Shown: positions 39,531-53,029 of the stretch, one piece after another | Numbering within the stretch: the first letter of the stretch is position 1 | How the letters are laid out: each line of letters begins with the position of its first letter | Source: Octopus vulgaris | Lineage: Eukaryota | Direction of reading: 5' to 3' | Assembly (NCBI GenBank): GCA_951406725.2 | Contig: OX597828.1 | Span: 2,914,001 to 2,978,000 of the forward strand | DNA: 64,000 nucleotides | The notes under the pieces: generated by a model | The model's database searches: none | What the model was told of the DNA's origin: nothing | The model's input: only the letters and a program-made list of their open reading frames with translations | Made by a program: the position numbers and the translations under genes

Positions 39531-41865
39531 TAGAAACAAGAAAGTAGGTGACAGAAATCACAAGGATTCCTTTTGTGAACAATGCTGACTGTGATGTCAC
39601 AGCTGCTATTTCTGCAATGATGCAACTCTATCTATATCGTTGATATTTAACAATGCAGATATAGCTGCAACACCTACAGCCTCACTAGCTCCTAACTCCA
39701 TGCTGGGTTACTCATCACCACAAAGTTCAGTGGGACAACTGTGTTAACCCTATCTGCTTCTGATGTACGCATCCAGAACCTGCAGACACACAGGAGTGGA
39801 TACGACAGTGGAGAAAGTACAATAATCTCAGACTGTCACCCTGTATATCATAGAATTCAGCACTGCATGTGTTTAATACAGTCCACATTGAGGGAGAAGT
39901 TGGTCAATCTATGTGCCACAGGACTGCTTGACCAAAGTTGACTTGGGACAATACAATAAGAACAATATGGACCTTAATTTTTGTTTTTCAGATTAAATCT
40001 TGAGGCCCATAAGCAACTGTTTTGGATATCCATGTGATAAGACAGCCTTGTCAACTACATGTATGCTGACCAACAAGAACACTTCAAATCTTAATCTCTT
40101 CTCTCCTTAAAACCTAGCTTTTCCAAAACTACACCATCTTTACATCTATTGAATCATCTAATCCCTACCTAATCACTGTTAACCTTCCTTCCAGAATATC
40201 ACAGCACTTCTTGTTAGCTAGTCAGAGGTCTGCTAGTTTTATGCTAACTGTATCTGGCAATAAGTATGCTTCACCCTTACTAATCCAAACCTGCTAAATA
40301 ATCTTTATGTTTGTTAAAACTCCTCCAACAAGCAAGGCCCATGATGCAAATATACTGACTGGTTCATACAGAGTTGCTCTACACCAGTACAAGCAAAGAA
40401 CAAGGCCTAAAATAACTGCAGAAAAAAATCATTAATTTCTATCACTGGGTGGGTTTTATTCACTATGGCAACTCTTATAAGACAACGATTAAAAACAAAC
40501 TAAAGGACTCGCTCATGCATTGCATAGCTTGCATGTTGTTCTACTTCCAAATTATTGCTAGTTATTTTGGTTAGTTGCCAAAATAATATTTTTGTGATCC
40601 TTCAACCAATCCCTACCCAACCATAATGGCTCCAGAAACAGTCTTCATGTGGAGAAAGCTTCTATATTTGCTACCCCCTTTGCATCAAACTTTACACAGC
40701 ACAAACTCAATAAAACTCCACCAGCCTCACCCTAATATATCTACACTTAATGAAATGCAGAAACACCTTTCATCACCCTCAATCTCAACAGTAAATAGGG
40801 GTACATATAAAATACTCGGGATACTAGGACAGGTTCACACACACATACACACACTCCTATCTATCTATATAAGCCTACAATTCAGGGCTATTGATAAAGA
40901 ACGGTAAGATGTGAGACATTTTGAAAAAAATCAGATGACTGAACCTAATTTGAAAAAGAGGATCTTCTATTGTAGATTTTTATGTACATTACTGGCTTCC
41001 CAGTTGTGTCCAGCTACATGTGAAGACTACAGTTAAATATCTAATACTCTATTCTCTGAATCTGAATAGGAATGATATTCAGTCACAGATTCTGCTCATG
41101 AGAAGATAAGAACTTAGAATTACATACTAATAAAACACTTGTCAATTACACAGTTCTCCTGCCATCAACAGTAGCAAATTAATCCACTCATTATTACACT
41201 TATTCAGAGCTAAATGAACTAAACCTTTGAGAGTGGGACACATCATATCATTGATAGCAATGTAGATATAGTTTGGTTATCAGGTTATATTAATCACTTC
41301 AACTTTTTAATCAGAATTGAATTTCTTTGACAGACTGACCTCCAATCTAGTCTACCAGTTTTATCTTGAAATTTTGAATTGAAATATGCAGCCCCTAGTG
41401 TAAGGAGTTAGATAATGGAGAGATTTAGTAGTCAATATACTGATAACTGCTAATGTTCTCCTAATTAAAGTACTCTAAATAGCAAAAGGAAATAAAGGTT
41501 TGTTTGTCTGCTGGTTCAGTGCCATTTGGTGAAACTATGACGTCAATTTGCAGTATTAAAAATAGAGTAGTTTGGACGTCTGCATTATTGATTGGCAGTT
41601 ATTGATAAGAAAGAGAGACAGGCCTGAAAAAGAAGTGTATTTTGTTGCATGTTCATAATGCTTTCAGTTTCCAAGTGGGTTTTTTTTTCTTTTTCCTCTC
41701 TCTTACCAACATAAATTCATATGTAGTTTGTAGCTGAACATGTCATGTATGAAGAGAACTGAAAAAATATTTGCTGAACATTGCCAGCTTGTAAAGTTGA
41801 GCATTTCTAATTAAAAAAATTACAAAAATATGAAATAAACTTAATCATTTTGTGTCTATGTAAGA

Positions 41866-42060
41866 TGGTGAGTGGGCAGTAATGTTAGCGTCAGAAAAGT
41901 TCTTTGCAACTCTTTGCATACTGAGTTCAAATCCTGCCAAGTTCAACACTATCTTTCATCCTTTTGGGGTTGATAAAATAAGTACCAGCACTGGGGTTTA
42001 TGTAATAGATTGCCCCTCCCCTCAAAATTGCTGACTTTGTGCCAAAATTAGAAAGGATTA
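41866..42060 (+). mobile_element. SINE family C
   Basis: CTTTCATCCTTTTGGGGTTGATAAAATAAGTACCAG. Confidence 0.75.
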
Positions 42061-42457
42061 TTAATGCTAAGAGAAACACTACTCTCCAAGCAGTTTTTCC
42101 TCATTTTTATCTTTGTGAATATTAGACTACATTATCCAATGAGTCCTTTCCTAATTTAAAATAGGATCTAATTTGAAGGTTATTTGGCTGCTATTTCTAG
42201 CAATAAAAACGACCAAGCAAATACCTCTCCTAGTTGACTTGAAGTAAATTTTGTTGTTGCTTAACTGTAGATCATCCCTGATCAAACACACTTATGATGA
42301 AAGGTGCTCCAGCCATGACCATCCATCCTCTCTATTTTATCCAGTATATCCTTTATTCAAGAGTGTAATTTGATGGCCACTATTTCCGGCATGTTAAGAG
42401 ACAATATAGAAGTTCAGCTGTTGAATCCCAAGGCTAGCCAACATATACTGATGTTAC

Positions 42458-42539
42458 CTTCTATGAAGGTGAATACTGTTTGTAATGATTCAGAAAAGAC
42501 AACACCCTTCCTCCAAAAGAATGGTTGGCGTACAAGCCA
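42458..42539 (-). CDS. Possible internal exon of an unknown host gene
   Basis: ctccacAG|..GAAG|GTaac; open as WLVRQPFFWRKGVVFSESLQTVFTFIE. Confidence 0.25.
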
Positions 42540-42675
42540 CTGTGGAGTATGAATTATTTGGAAAAGGGTATGATAGATGGCGAGAGAAAGGGCTGGCAAT
42601 GTTTCAGTTTCATTATAATAAGGAGGGATTTAAATAGTTCTACAATTTAAAAGTGTGTATATTATTGGTACAAAC

Positions 42676-42955
42676 AGCTCCAGTGGTTAGGGTATTTGGC
42701 TAACACTAGTGAGGCCATGAATTCGATACTTGGCAGTGCACTGTGTCCTTGAGCTGGCAAAAAGGAGTTGGCACTATATTTGAAAAGGGCCAGCCTTGTC
42801 ACATTCTGTGTCACATTGAATCTCCCTGAGAACTACATTAAGGGTACGTGTATCTGTGGAGTGCCCAGTCACTTGCATGTGAATTTCACAAGAAGGCCAT
42901 TCCACTGATTGGATCAACTGGAACCCTCGCTGTCATAACCAACAGAATTCCAGTT
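42676..42955 (+). mobile_element. SINE family E, internally deleted
   Basis: Homologous to 35810-36131. Confidence 0.7.
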
Positions 42956-43424
42956 GAGTTAAAAGTTGGTCCCATGCTAGTTGAGCATACATGAGTATTG
43001 TAACAAGGTTTGAACCCAGTAATCCAGCACAATTAACAAACAATAACTCAACTCCACCAATTAACTACAAGTTTCAATGGTAACAAATAATTTATGCTAA
43101 TTTTCATATTGTATAAGATACCATCATTTTTATACAATTATTCTTTAACTACATTGAAACTACAGAAAACTGCCACTAGCCACGAAAAAGATTTTTAATT
43201 CAGAAATGATATAATGTCTAATAGATTATTGAGTTGAACTAATGAAAGTGAAAGATGAATACTGATTGAAAAAGTAGTGTGAGCTGGTGTTGAATGTATG
43301 AAGTCACAGAAAGTGTTTAACCCTTTAAAATTTAAACTGACTGTTACAACTTGAACCTACAACTACGTGTTATGTATTGTTCAGTCTATCGTGTGTGTGA
43401 ATGTATGTGTGTTTATTCTTTCTT

Positions 43425-43626
43425 TTATTCTTTTACTTGTTTCAGTCATTTGACTGCGGCCATGCTGGAGCACCGCCTTTAGTCGAGCAAATCGACCCCA
43501 CGATTTGTTTTTTGTAAGCCTAGTACTTATTCTATCGGTCTCTTTTGCCGAACCGCTAAATTACGGGGACATAAACACACCAGCATCGGGGGACAAACAC
43601 AGAAACAAGGATACACACACACACAC

Positions 43627-43659
<33 letters not shown>

Positions 43660-43818
43660 CATGATGGTCTTCTTCCAGTTTCTGTCTACCAAATCCAACC
43701 ACAAGGCTTTGGTCGGCCCGAGGCTATAGAAGAAGACACTTGCCCAAGGTGCCATGCAGTGGGACTGAACCCATGACCATATGGTTGGTAAGCAAGCTAC
43801 TTACCACAGCCACTCCTA
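43425..43818 (-). mobile_element. SINE family A
   Basis: Family motifs. Confidence 0.85.
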
Positions 43819-43972
43819 TTCTGATTGGTTCTTTTCCTATCTATAAAACTTGCTGTAAATTGTTTTGCAACAATAAATGTTTTTTTAACTAAGTTAGTCT
43901 TATCTACAGCATGTGTTCTGTGTTGTTTTCATTAGGCTATAGCCTGAATTACATATTACTGGTACTTATTAC

Positions 43973-46900
43973 CTGGTGACGAGGCTAGACATGTGTGCTA
44001 TGCTGCAGTTACCCACACAACTGTGGAGTATTACTTCAGACAAACCATCCCCCGCTAAATAGAATTGCTGGAAACGTTCATTTGGAGATTATTTAGAACT
44101 ACTTCCGATACTACAACCAACCGTTAATTTATCAGAATGTCACAAAATAAAGTTATGCCAATTACTTGGGCAGGAAGGACAAAGACACTTTGACGCCTTG
44201 AGAATTATGGAATCTGCCACATTAACTAAAGTTATTTGGTTTACTGAATGAACTTTGGGGATCTGCTAAAAATGTGTACACAGCATGTTACTGTTTTACA
44301 AAATTAGTTCAGAAACCTGAAGAAGATTGCAATGATTCCATTGCCAGAATACAACAAGCTTTACCTGAGAGTAAATACAATCTAATTCCTCCAAAAATAT
44401 TTGAAAACGAAATGGCTTTCTGGTATTCATGATGAGATTGTCCATTCTAAATTGCTTTCAGAAGAAGAATTAAAGCTTACTTGCGAAAGAGCCTGTGCTA
44501 TAGTTTGTCAAAGCGAAAAACATTTCACAACAGTTAAGTAAATTTTCTATACAAAAAGAGACAGATGCTGTGCAATCTATTACATCTACAAAAACTTGGC
44601 CATCTAGTCTTACAGAAAAACAGCCGTGGATTTAAACATTATTCTCCATCTGAGTGCTGGCATCAGCAAACCGTTTGTCATTTATGTGGTAAAACGGGAC
44701 ATCTTGTCAGAGTTTGTTGTACAAAGAACAATGAGCACAGAGCTTCATCTTCACAAAAACATTCGGTGCAAACGATAAAGACAAATCTGGAAAACCAAGA
44801 CCAAGATTTTGCTTTAAATTCAGTTTTAAACACTACAGTACGACCACCTTCGTACGTTGTCGATGTGATAATTGAAGGTCAGTCAGTACGCATGGAAACT
44901 GACTCAGGTGCTTCAGTCTCTATTGTTACCACTCCTTCTGTCAGCTGTTTTCCATTTTCTACAAACTATTCAACTTTAAAAACATATACCAGGCAATAAA
45001 TCCCAATAATTGGAGTTTGCAATGTAAACGTGTAACATGGTGATATCAAATGTGTTGGGCCGTGATTGGTTATGACAATTACCTGGTACATTCACCATGA
45101 TTAAAACTGTGATACACCATCATTGGAACAGCTGGAAAAAGAATATTGTAGTTTGACACCAAGCATGAAAAATTGAATGGATTTAAAGCTAAAATAAAAT
45201 GACTTTCCAACATGTCACCGCAGTTTTGTAAAGCTCAAACACTTCCATACACCTTGCAGCCAAAAGTGGAAGCTGAATAACAACGTTTACAATCGGAAGG
45301 TGTTATTGTTCCAGTTCAATACTCTGATTGGACAGCTCCCATTGTACCAGTGATGAAACCGGGTGGCTCAGTGTGCATTTGCAGAGATTATAAACTTACA
45401 GTCAACCAGTCAGCTGTTTTAGACAAGTACCCGTTACCTAAAATAGAAGATTTGTATGCGACTCTGGCGGGAAGTCAAAAGTTCACAAAAATTGATCTCA
45501 GTCATGCATATTCCCAGATTAAACCTGATGACAATTCTTGTGCTTGCACTACGATTGCTACCCATATTGGGTTGTTTTAATTTACTAGATTACCATTTGG
45601 AATCAATTCAGCCCCAGGAATGTTTCAGCGCATTATTGACAGCATTGTTAAAGAAGTACCATGAGCTGGTGCATACCTAGATGATTTACTAATCACCGGA
45701 CGTTCCGATGATGAACCTCTTCATACATTATTCATTGTACTCAATCGTCTTCACAAAAGTGGATTAAAGCTGAAGAACAAGTGTGAGTTTTATGTGATTG
45801 TTTATCTTGGTTACCAACTTAATAAAGATGCTTTACAAATTAGGAGTGATAAAGTGCAACCTATTTTAAATGCAGCAGAACCTAAAAACAATAGGGAGTT
45901 AAGATCATTTGTAGGAATGTTATCACATATTTGAACAGTACTGACACCCTTATATTCCTTATTGCATAAAGATTCCCTTTGGGGTTGGAATGTACTTGTG
46001 CATTATGATCCGCATAAACGTTTAATGTTACAATGTGATGCATCTCCATCAGGGCTAGGCGCAGCGTTCTGTCATCGAATGAATGAGAGTACTGTTCGTC
46101 CTGTAGCAAAAGCTGAAAAGAACTATTCTCAGTCGGACAAAGAAGCACTTGTAGTTTTATTTGGTGTCAAGTGATGCCATCAATATGTTTGGGGGCCGTC
46201 ATTTTGAAATCTGTAATGATCATAAACCTTTGATTGCACTACTTGGAGAAGAGTGGGGTATTCAGCAAATGTGTTCCCCTGGAATGCAGGGATGGGCTTT
46301 GATGTTAAGTGCTTATAGTAATCGTATGCTTTACGTTCCTGGGTCTAAGAATGTTAATGCTGATGCATTGAGTCATTTTCCCTTGACTTCTTTGTTACAC
46401 GAAATTGAACAACCAGCGGAACTGGTACACATGATGCAACATTTTAGTGACACACCTATCTGAGGACAGAATGTACTTTGACTAACAAAGATCAAATACT
46501 GTCCTGTGTCAAGCATTATCTTTGAAGAGGATGGCCGTCCCCAACAAGTTTAGGATTAAAACAGTTTTTACAACGCAAAGATGAACTGAGTTTGCATGAG
46601 GGTTGCATACTTTGGGGTCCTCATACCTTTTAAATTAAGGTAACAATTGCTTAATGAGTTGCATGATGCTCATCCAGGTATAAATTGAATGAAGGCATTA
46701 TCTTGACGCTACTATCAGTGTCCAATCTGGATGCTGATATTGAGCAGATGTGCAGAAGATATGACGTTTGTCAACAACATCAGTGACAAAACATGCCAGG
46801 ACCTGTACATCCCAGGAATTGGCCAGAAAAACCGTGGCAAAGGTTATACGTTGATTATTTTGGCCCTCTTAATGTATGATGTACTTATTGGTTATTGATG

Positions 46901-47200
46901 CACATTCGAAATGGAGAGATGTACATCCAGTGGTACATGCTACAGCAGAAGCTACGGTAACCCGACTATGCTCATCATTTTCTACATTTGGGATTCCAGA
47001 AGCAATCTGTTCAGATAATGGTACTCCTTTCCAAACATTTTTGAAAAAGAATGGGGTACATCACATAAGAACTGCACCGTATCTTCCGTCTTCAAAAGGC
47101 CTAGCAGAACGAGCTGTTCAGACAGTAAAGAATGGATCAAAACAGCAAAGTACTGGAAACCTCCAGACTAAACTGGATATTTACTTTTTGCCTATCGCAC
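43973..47200 (+). mobile_element. Decayed Gypsy/Ty3 LTR retrotransposon internal region (gag-PR-RT-RH-IN)
   Basis: PBS-like TGGTGACGAGG; CCHC-type knuckle CHLCGKTGHLVRVC; protease METDSGAS; RT PLPKIEDL..KIDLSHAY, YLDD; RNase H CDAS..YSQSDKEAL; integrase DNGTPF..GLAERAVQT; many stops. Confidence 0.92.
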
Positions 47201-47254
47201 AACCCCAACTGAATCCACAGGCAAGTCTCTGGTTTGACAGGAGCTTGCAAGCCA

Positions 47255-47455
47255 AAGGATTGCACTAGACTCCACTGTCTGATTTGGCATGGTTTTTATG
47301 GTTGGATAACTTGCTAACACTAACCACTTTACAGAGTGTACTGGATGCTTTTCATGTGGCACCAGCACCAGCAAGGTCTACTCTGGCATGGTTTTACAGC
47401 TGGATGCTCTTCCAAATGCCAACCACTTTGCCGTGTAGCCTGGGTGCTTTTCACA
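47255..47455 (-). mobile_element. SINE family B fragments truncating the Gypsy integrase
   Basis: GGCATGGTTTT..GGATGC..CC.AATGCCAACCAC occurs twice. Confidence 0.65.
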
Positions 47456-47993
47456 TAGAAAACAGATTTATAAATGTTGGTTTAAAGAGTTATATTAGAG
47501 TGGGGAAACTATATTAGAGTGGGGAAACGAGAGTATGTGGTGTTCATATTTTGACCAAAAAAATTCAAGATGGAGTGAATGAAAACAATCACAGACTCTA
47601 TTTGGTGAGAATTTACATCCCATCAAGATATTAAAATCAGATCAATAACAGAACAGTATTCCAAAGAATATTGATTGATAACTAAGATAAAAATTGAAAA
47701 CATAGATTTTAAAGGATTTCTTTTATTCTCTGTCAAATGAAAATCTTCAGCTAGTATATTGAATTTTGTCACGTAATAAACAGCAAATAAATAAACAAAA
47801 AAAAATAAACAAAGCAAATTATAATGAAATTGTTCAGTTTTTGGAATGCAGCATCTTCAGAAGGGAAGAATATAAAACAAGTCATCGTCAGTTCATAAAA
47901 ATGAAATTAAAAGAACAAAAGTAAACAAAAAGGAATAAATGAAACAAATAAACAAAAGACAATGCTGACTTTGAATTATGATTTATACATCAC

Positions 47994-48070
47994 TTGACAT
48001 CCAGCTTTTCCTGGGATAAATAATTCCAAATGGCCTGATGCCTTCTGTAGTTCCATTATGCTGACAATAT
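47994..48070 (-). CDS. Candidate internal exon of an unknown host gene
   Basis: ttatttatttccatAG acceptor; phase-1 entry compatible with exon 51526-51625; (D)IVSIMELQKASGHLELFIPGKAGCQ; donor ambiguous (47994 or 47989). Confidence 0.4.
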
Positions 48071-48234
48071 CTATGGAAATAAATAACATTAGATCAACAC
48101 AACATGACTACGAGGGTGTATATGCATATACACATTCACATTTATAAACATAACTTTGTTCAATCCAAGCCAGTAAGGAAGGTGGATGTTAAATGATGAT
48201 GATGATGATGAACATACATGCAAAATTTATATCT

Positions 48235-48610
48235 GTTATTTCTTTCAGTCACTGGGCTACATCCATGCTGGAACTCTGCCTTAAAGGTTTTTAATTGAAC
48301 AAATCTATCACAAGAATTATTTATTTTTTAAAGTCTGGTACTTATTTTGTCAGTTTCTTTTATTACCAAACTGCTAAGTTATGGGGACATAAATAAACCA
48401 ACACTTGTCAGGTGGTGGTGGTCGTGGTGGGCAAATACACAAACATATATATGATGAGCTTCTTTCAGTTTCTGTCAATCAAATCCATTAACAAAGCTTT
48501 GTTTGACCCAGGGCTATAGCTGAAGACACTTGCCCAAGGCGTCATGCAGCAGGATTGAACTCAAAATCATGTGGTTGACAAGCAAACATCTTACCACTCA
48601 GCCACACCTA
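48235..48610 (-). mobile_element. SINE family A, diverged
   Basis: Family motifs. Confidence 0.75.
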
Positions 48611-48627
48611 TATACTTTATATGTATA

Positions 48628-49987
48628 TGAGGGGCGTTCAATAAGTAACGCCCCTGACCCACTTGCAGTTGTTTGATCTAGCTGAAATTTTGCGTGTGCT
48701 ATTATTTATATCTCTATAGAGTAGGTGGAAAATTACAGCTCTGAACTAATTGGGGTTTCTGATTTACAGGTGTTTGAACTGAGTCAAGTGTGAAATGGAG
48801 CCTGTTGAGTGTCGAGTAGTGATCTGGTTTTTGTATTTGAAAGGACGCACACCACAGGAGACTTTTGATGAAATATAAGTAACTTATGGTAATGATGCCC
48901 CATCATATGACCTTGTAAAACGCTGGCATCGTGAATTCAAACATGGTCGGAACTCGGTGGAAACAGCTCCCAGATCTGGTCGCCCCCCCTTCTGTAATTG
49001 ATGAGGCATCTGTCCGTCAAGTTGAGGCTGCCATTTTGGAAGATCGATGCATAACTATTCGCCAAATAGCCCACGAGGTCAAGATTAGTACCGGGTCTGT
49101 GGAAACTATCATTCATGACCATTTGCATATGCAAAAGGTGTCTGCCAGATGGATTCCCAGGTTGCTCACACCTTTCCAGAAGCAAGAACGCGTCGAGTGC
49201 TTGAGGATGAATTTGGAGATGTTCCAAGAAGATGAGTCAAAGTTTTTCAAAAGACTGATTACACAGGATGAAACCTGGGTCCATCACTATGATCCAGAGA
49301 CCAAAGCCCAGTCAATGCAGTGGAAGCACCGTGACTCACCTCCTCCAAAGAAGGCAAGGGTGCAGCCCTCCGCTGGCAAGGTCATGCTCACAGTCTTCTG
49401 GGACCAGGACGGAGTATTGATAACAGATTTCCTGGAAAAGGGTACCACAATTACAGGAGCCTATTATGCTTCACTTTTGAGGAAATTAAGAGAAACTATC
49501 AAAATCAAGAGGCAGGGCAAGATCAGCAAAGACATCGTCCTCCTGCAGGGCAAGATCAGCAAAGACATCGTCCTCCTGCAGGGCAAGATCAGCAAAGACA
49601 TCATCCTCCTGCAGGACAACGCTCCGGTCCACAACTCGCTTGTCGCTAGATCAGAAGCACAGGCATGCGGCTATGAACTCCTCTCCCATCCCCCCTACTC
49701 TCCTGACCTTGCACCCTCTGATTTTCACCTCTTTCCAGCCATGAAGTTGTTTTTGAAAGGAAAGCATTTCCCAGATGATGCAGCCTTGATTTCTGAAGTC
49801 ACGTCGTGGTTGGAGGACCAAGCTGGGTCTTCTAAAAGAAACGGTCTCCAGAGCTGTATCAAATGATGGGAGAAATGCGTAACTCTGGGTGGTTCCTATG
49901 TAGAGAAAGACTAATAACTGTGCAAAGTTTCGTTGCTCTACTGCTATGGGAAGTGGGTCAGGGGCATTACTTATTGAACGCCCCTCG
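48628..49987 (+). mobile_element. Mariner DNA transposon, full length
   Basis: 37-bp TIRs (YGAGGGGCGTTCAATAAGTAAYGCCCCTGACCCACTT) and TA target duplications. Confidence 0.95.
48795..49914 (+). pseudogene. Mariner DD34D transposase, disrupted
   Basis: WIPRLL, DETW, QDNAPVH, YSPDLAPSDFHLF; early TAA, a frameshift at or near the poly-C at about 48985, premature TGA at 49864, internal 33-bp triplication. Confidence 0.93.
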
Positions 49988-50024
49988 TATATATATATAT
50001 ATATAGTATAGTATAGTATAGCAG

Positions 50025-50345
50025 TGAAGGCACATGGCTCGGTGGTTAGAAGTAGTGAGTTTGATTCCTGGACCAGCAGTGTGTTGTGGTCTTGAGCAAG
50101 ACACTTTATTTCATGTCGCTCCAGTTCACTTAGTTGTAGAAATAAGTTACAACATCAGTGGTACCAAGCTGTATTGGCCTTTGTCTTTTCCTTGGATAAC
50201 ATCAGTGATGTGGAGAGAAGAGGCTGGTATACATGGACAACTGCTGGTCTTCCATAAACAACTCTGCCAGGACTTGTGCCTCAGAGGGTAATTTTCTAGG
50301 AGCAATCCCATGGTCATTCATGGCTGAAAGAGGTTTTACCTTTTA
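50025..50345 (+). mobile_element. SINE family D
   Basis: Homologous to 18125-18452. Confidence 0.8.
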
Positions 50346-50391
50346 TAGTAATGAATTTAGTGCGCAGAGGACAGTACATGGCTGGGGAAAG

Positions 50392-50643
50392 CTAAGGAGA
50401 AATGAAAGTATCATCTGCATAAAAGTAGGTATTGTTGGCTGTAATGGCAGGTAAGTCATTTATGAATAGAAAGAAGAGAATCAGGACAAAACCAAATCGT
50501 GGGGGATGCCAGAGTTGATAGAATGAGGAAGAAAAAAGTTCCATTATTGTCACACATACCAATAGTATAATCTGACAGGAAGCTACCAACCCAAGAGATG
50601 AGACATAAGTGCAGTTCCAGAAAGGAGATTTACATGCATCCAA
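50392..50643 (-). pseudogene. Non-LTR reverse transcriptase fragment
   Basis: ILFFLFINDLP..FYADDT. Confidence 0.7.
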
Positions 50644-50829
50644 GACACAAACAAAAATTTTGCAATGACAACATTGCTTTCATTAAATTTCTTCAAAGAA
50701 ACAGATCATAGTAGAGAAAAATTTTTAAATTTAAAAAAACCCCAGAAAACTATAGAGGGAAACTGAGAGTCTGAAGTGTTGTTACAATATCGGAATTCTC
50801 AAAACACTACACAATTCTTCATGCCTGAT

Positions 50830-51090
50830 TGATTTGCAGTCAGTTGTCATGACTACGACCGTTCCTGTCTTTGGCATGACTTGATAAGCTTTCTCCATAC
50901 TGATCATTTATTATGATCAATTCCTTTCCACTTCAGATTCCGTTTTTTTGCAATATCTTTGAATCTCAGTCTAGCTCTTCCATGGTTTCTTTTTCCCTTG
51001 GATAGTTGGAAGTAGAGGATTTGTCTGGGGAATCTGCTATTGTCTATCCTCTGTATGTGACCCAACCAACATAAATTTTTATCAATTTCT
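50830..51090 (-). mobile_element. RTE-type LINE 3' fragment
   Basis: W.GHIQRIDNSRFPRQILYFQLSKGKRNHGRARLRFKD on the minus strand. Confidence 0.65.
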
Positions 51091-51525
51091 GTTGTAACTA
51101 TGTTCTACTATTCACAACTGCAGTTCATATCATAACTGCGTGGTACTATCACGCTTCACTAAATTGTCAACAATTTCACTGTCTTACATTACACTGAAAA
51201 ATAATACAATATCTTACGTTGTAAGGTCTTGGGATATCTTTTAATTCTACTTAATACAAAACAACATTTAATTTTTAGTCAATTTAAATTTTGGAGTTTC
51301 TTCCCTCACTGTTTTTTGTTTTCAAAAGAATTCTTATTAACACTGATGACTTTTCTTATCATAACAAGAATAATTACAACTGTTTAAAAATATTTCTAGT
51401 TTATTACGTTACTATATTGCTCCTCAAAAATTTTATAAAATTAAACCAGGTTTCAAAATAACACAAATCACAGCCATAAAATCATGACACATACTAGAAT
51501 ATTTGAAAGAAACAACCATCCTTAC

Positions 51526-51625
51526 CATTTGTTTTCTCACTGGACTTAGATTGAAATGATGCTTGTGAATGTGAACGTGCCATAGGCTGCTGTTGTCTAG
51601 ATTTTATACATGTTTCTTCATCATT
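51526..51625 (-). CDS. Candidate internal exon of an unknown host gene
   Basis: ttctatcacAG|..ATG|GTAAGG; 100 nt open as NDEETCIKSRQQQPMARSHSQASFQSKSSEKTN; phase 0 to phase 1. Confidence 0.55.
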
Positions 51626-51704
51626 CTGTGATAGAACATAAGGAAAAACAGCAAATGAAAGTCCAAAGGCTGAATAAGCAAATCTACATACAATAATAGT
51701 ACAA

Positions 51705-51900
51705 AGCCAGCAATTTTAGGGGAGGGAGTAAGTCTATTACATTGACCCCAGTACTAAATTGGTACTTATTTTATCGACCCTGAAAGGTTGAAAGGCAAAG
51801 TTAACCTCTGCAGAATTTGAACCCAGAACATAGAGACAGAAGAAATTCTGCTAAGCATTTTGTCCAGCAAGGTAACAATTCTGCCAGCTCACTGCCTTTG
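51705..51900 (-). mobile_element. SINE family C
   Basis: Family motifs. Confidence 0.75.
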
Positions 51901-52489
51901 TAAGTGTACAATATTAGAAACTCATAGAAATATCAATTCAAACTTTTAGTACCTAAGCCAAAGCAGACACTGGGCTATGATGCAGGTGTTGGGACCCTTG
52001 GATCCCATCAACCCATCCAACCAATGCCAGCATGGAACATGGGCACTAAATCATTATCATTGTTGCTGCCACCACCATCATCTGTACTACAATGTTTTAT
52101 AAAAAAAGAAAGCATAGCCTTCATAGCTAGAAGCATTGTGAGCAAGAGTAATATTTTAGAGTAATTAGCTCACTGTTGTAGTCTGTGTGTATCACTGCAT
52201 GGTTAAGAAGTTTGCTTTGCAACCTCATGGACTCGGATAGAATCCTTTGGCAAATGATGACTTACAATACAGCCTTGGGTTGACCAATGACTTGTGAGTG
52301 GAGTTTTGTTTGGAAATTGAAAGGAAGACCGGGTGGAGGTGTATCCTTTGTCGATGCACATTGGATGCCTCAGTGATGTTGAACATATCAATGAGAAAAC
52401 TGAATAAATTTAAAAGTGTTTTCTGAATCAAATCCTTTGTTAACATTTGTCCTACACCAACTTACAAAGTACAATTCTATATTTCTGAG

Positions 52490-52940
52490 ATGAAATCAAA
52501 ATCAAAATTGTAATCGATCAACATCAATGGAATTTGTAGCTGTGATACCAGTGCTGGTGGCACGTAAGAGAACCATCCGAATGTGGCCGTAGCCAGCGCC
52601 ACCCTGACTGGCCTCCGTGCCGGTGGCACGTAAAAAGCACCATCCGATCGTGGCTGTTGCCAGCCTCGTCTGGTCTCTGTGCCGGTGGCACGTAAAAAGC
52701 ACCATCCGATCATGGCCGTTTGCCAGCCTCGTCTGGCACTTGTGCCGGTGGCACGTAAAAAGCACCCACTACACTCACGGAGTGATTGGCGTTAGGAAGG
52801 GCATCCAGCTGTAGAAACACTGCCAAATCAGACTGGAGCCTGGTGCAACCTTCTAGCTTCCGAGACCCCAGTTGAACCGTCCAACCCATGCTATCATGGA
52901 AAACAGATAGTTAAACGATGATGATGATGATGATGATGAA
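52490..52940 (+). mobile_element. SINE family B with four internal tandem units
   Basis: GTGC(C/T)GGTGGCACGTAA four times; (GAT)n tail. Confidence 0.85.
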
Positions 52941-53029
52941 TTTTATACTATGTACATTGTTTGCATTAGTTGGATGGGGGTCCTCATCTTGATAGTTGCC
53001 TTCATGTTTCAGCTGTTGTACAGTTCAAC

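Noticed and set aside
43367-43972. Possible 5' LTR of the Gypsy element and PPT-like 19-bp duplication at 47491-47528
   Set aside because: No matching 3' LTR found, so boundaries cannot be supported.
52545-52800. Regularly spaced repeats resembling a CRISPR array
   Set aside because: Spacers are homologous to each other, the array is internal to a SINE, context is eukaryotic and no cas genes are present.
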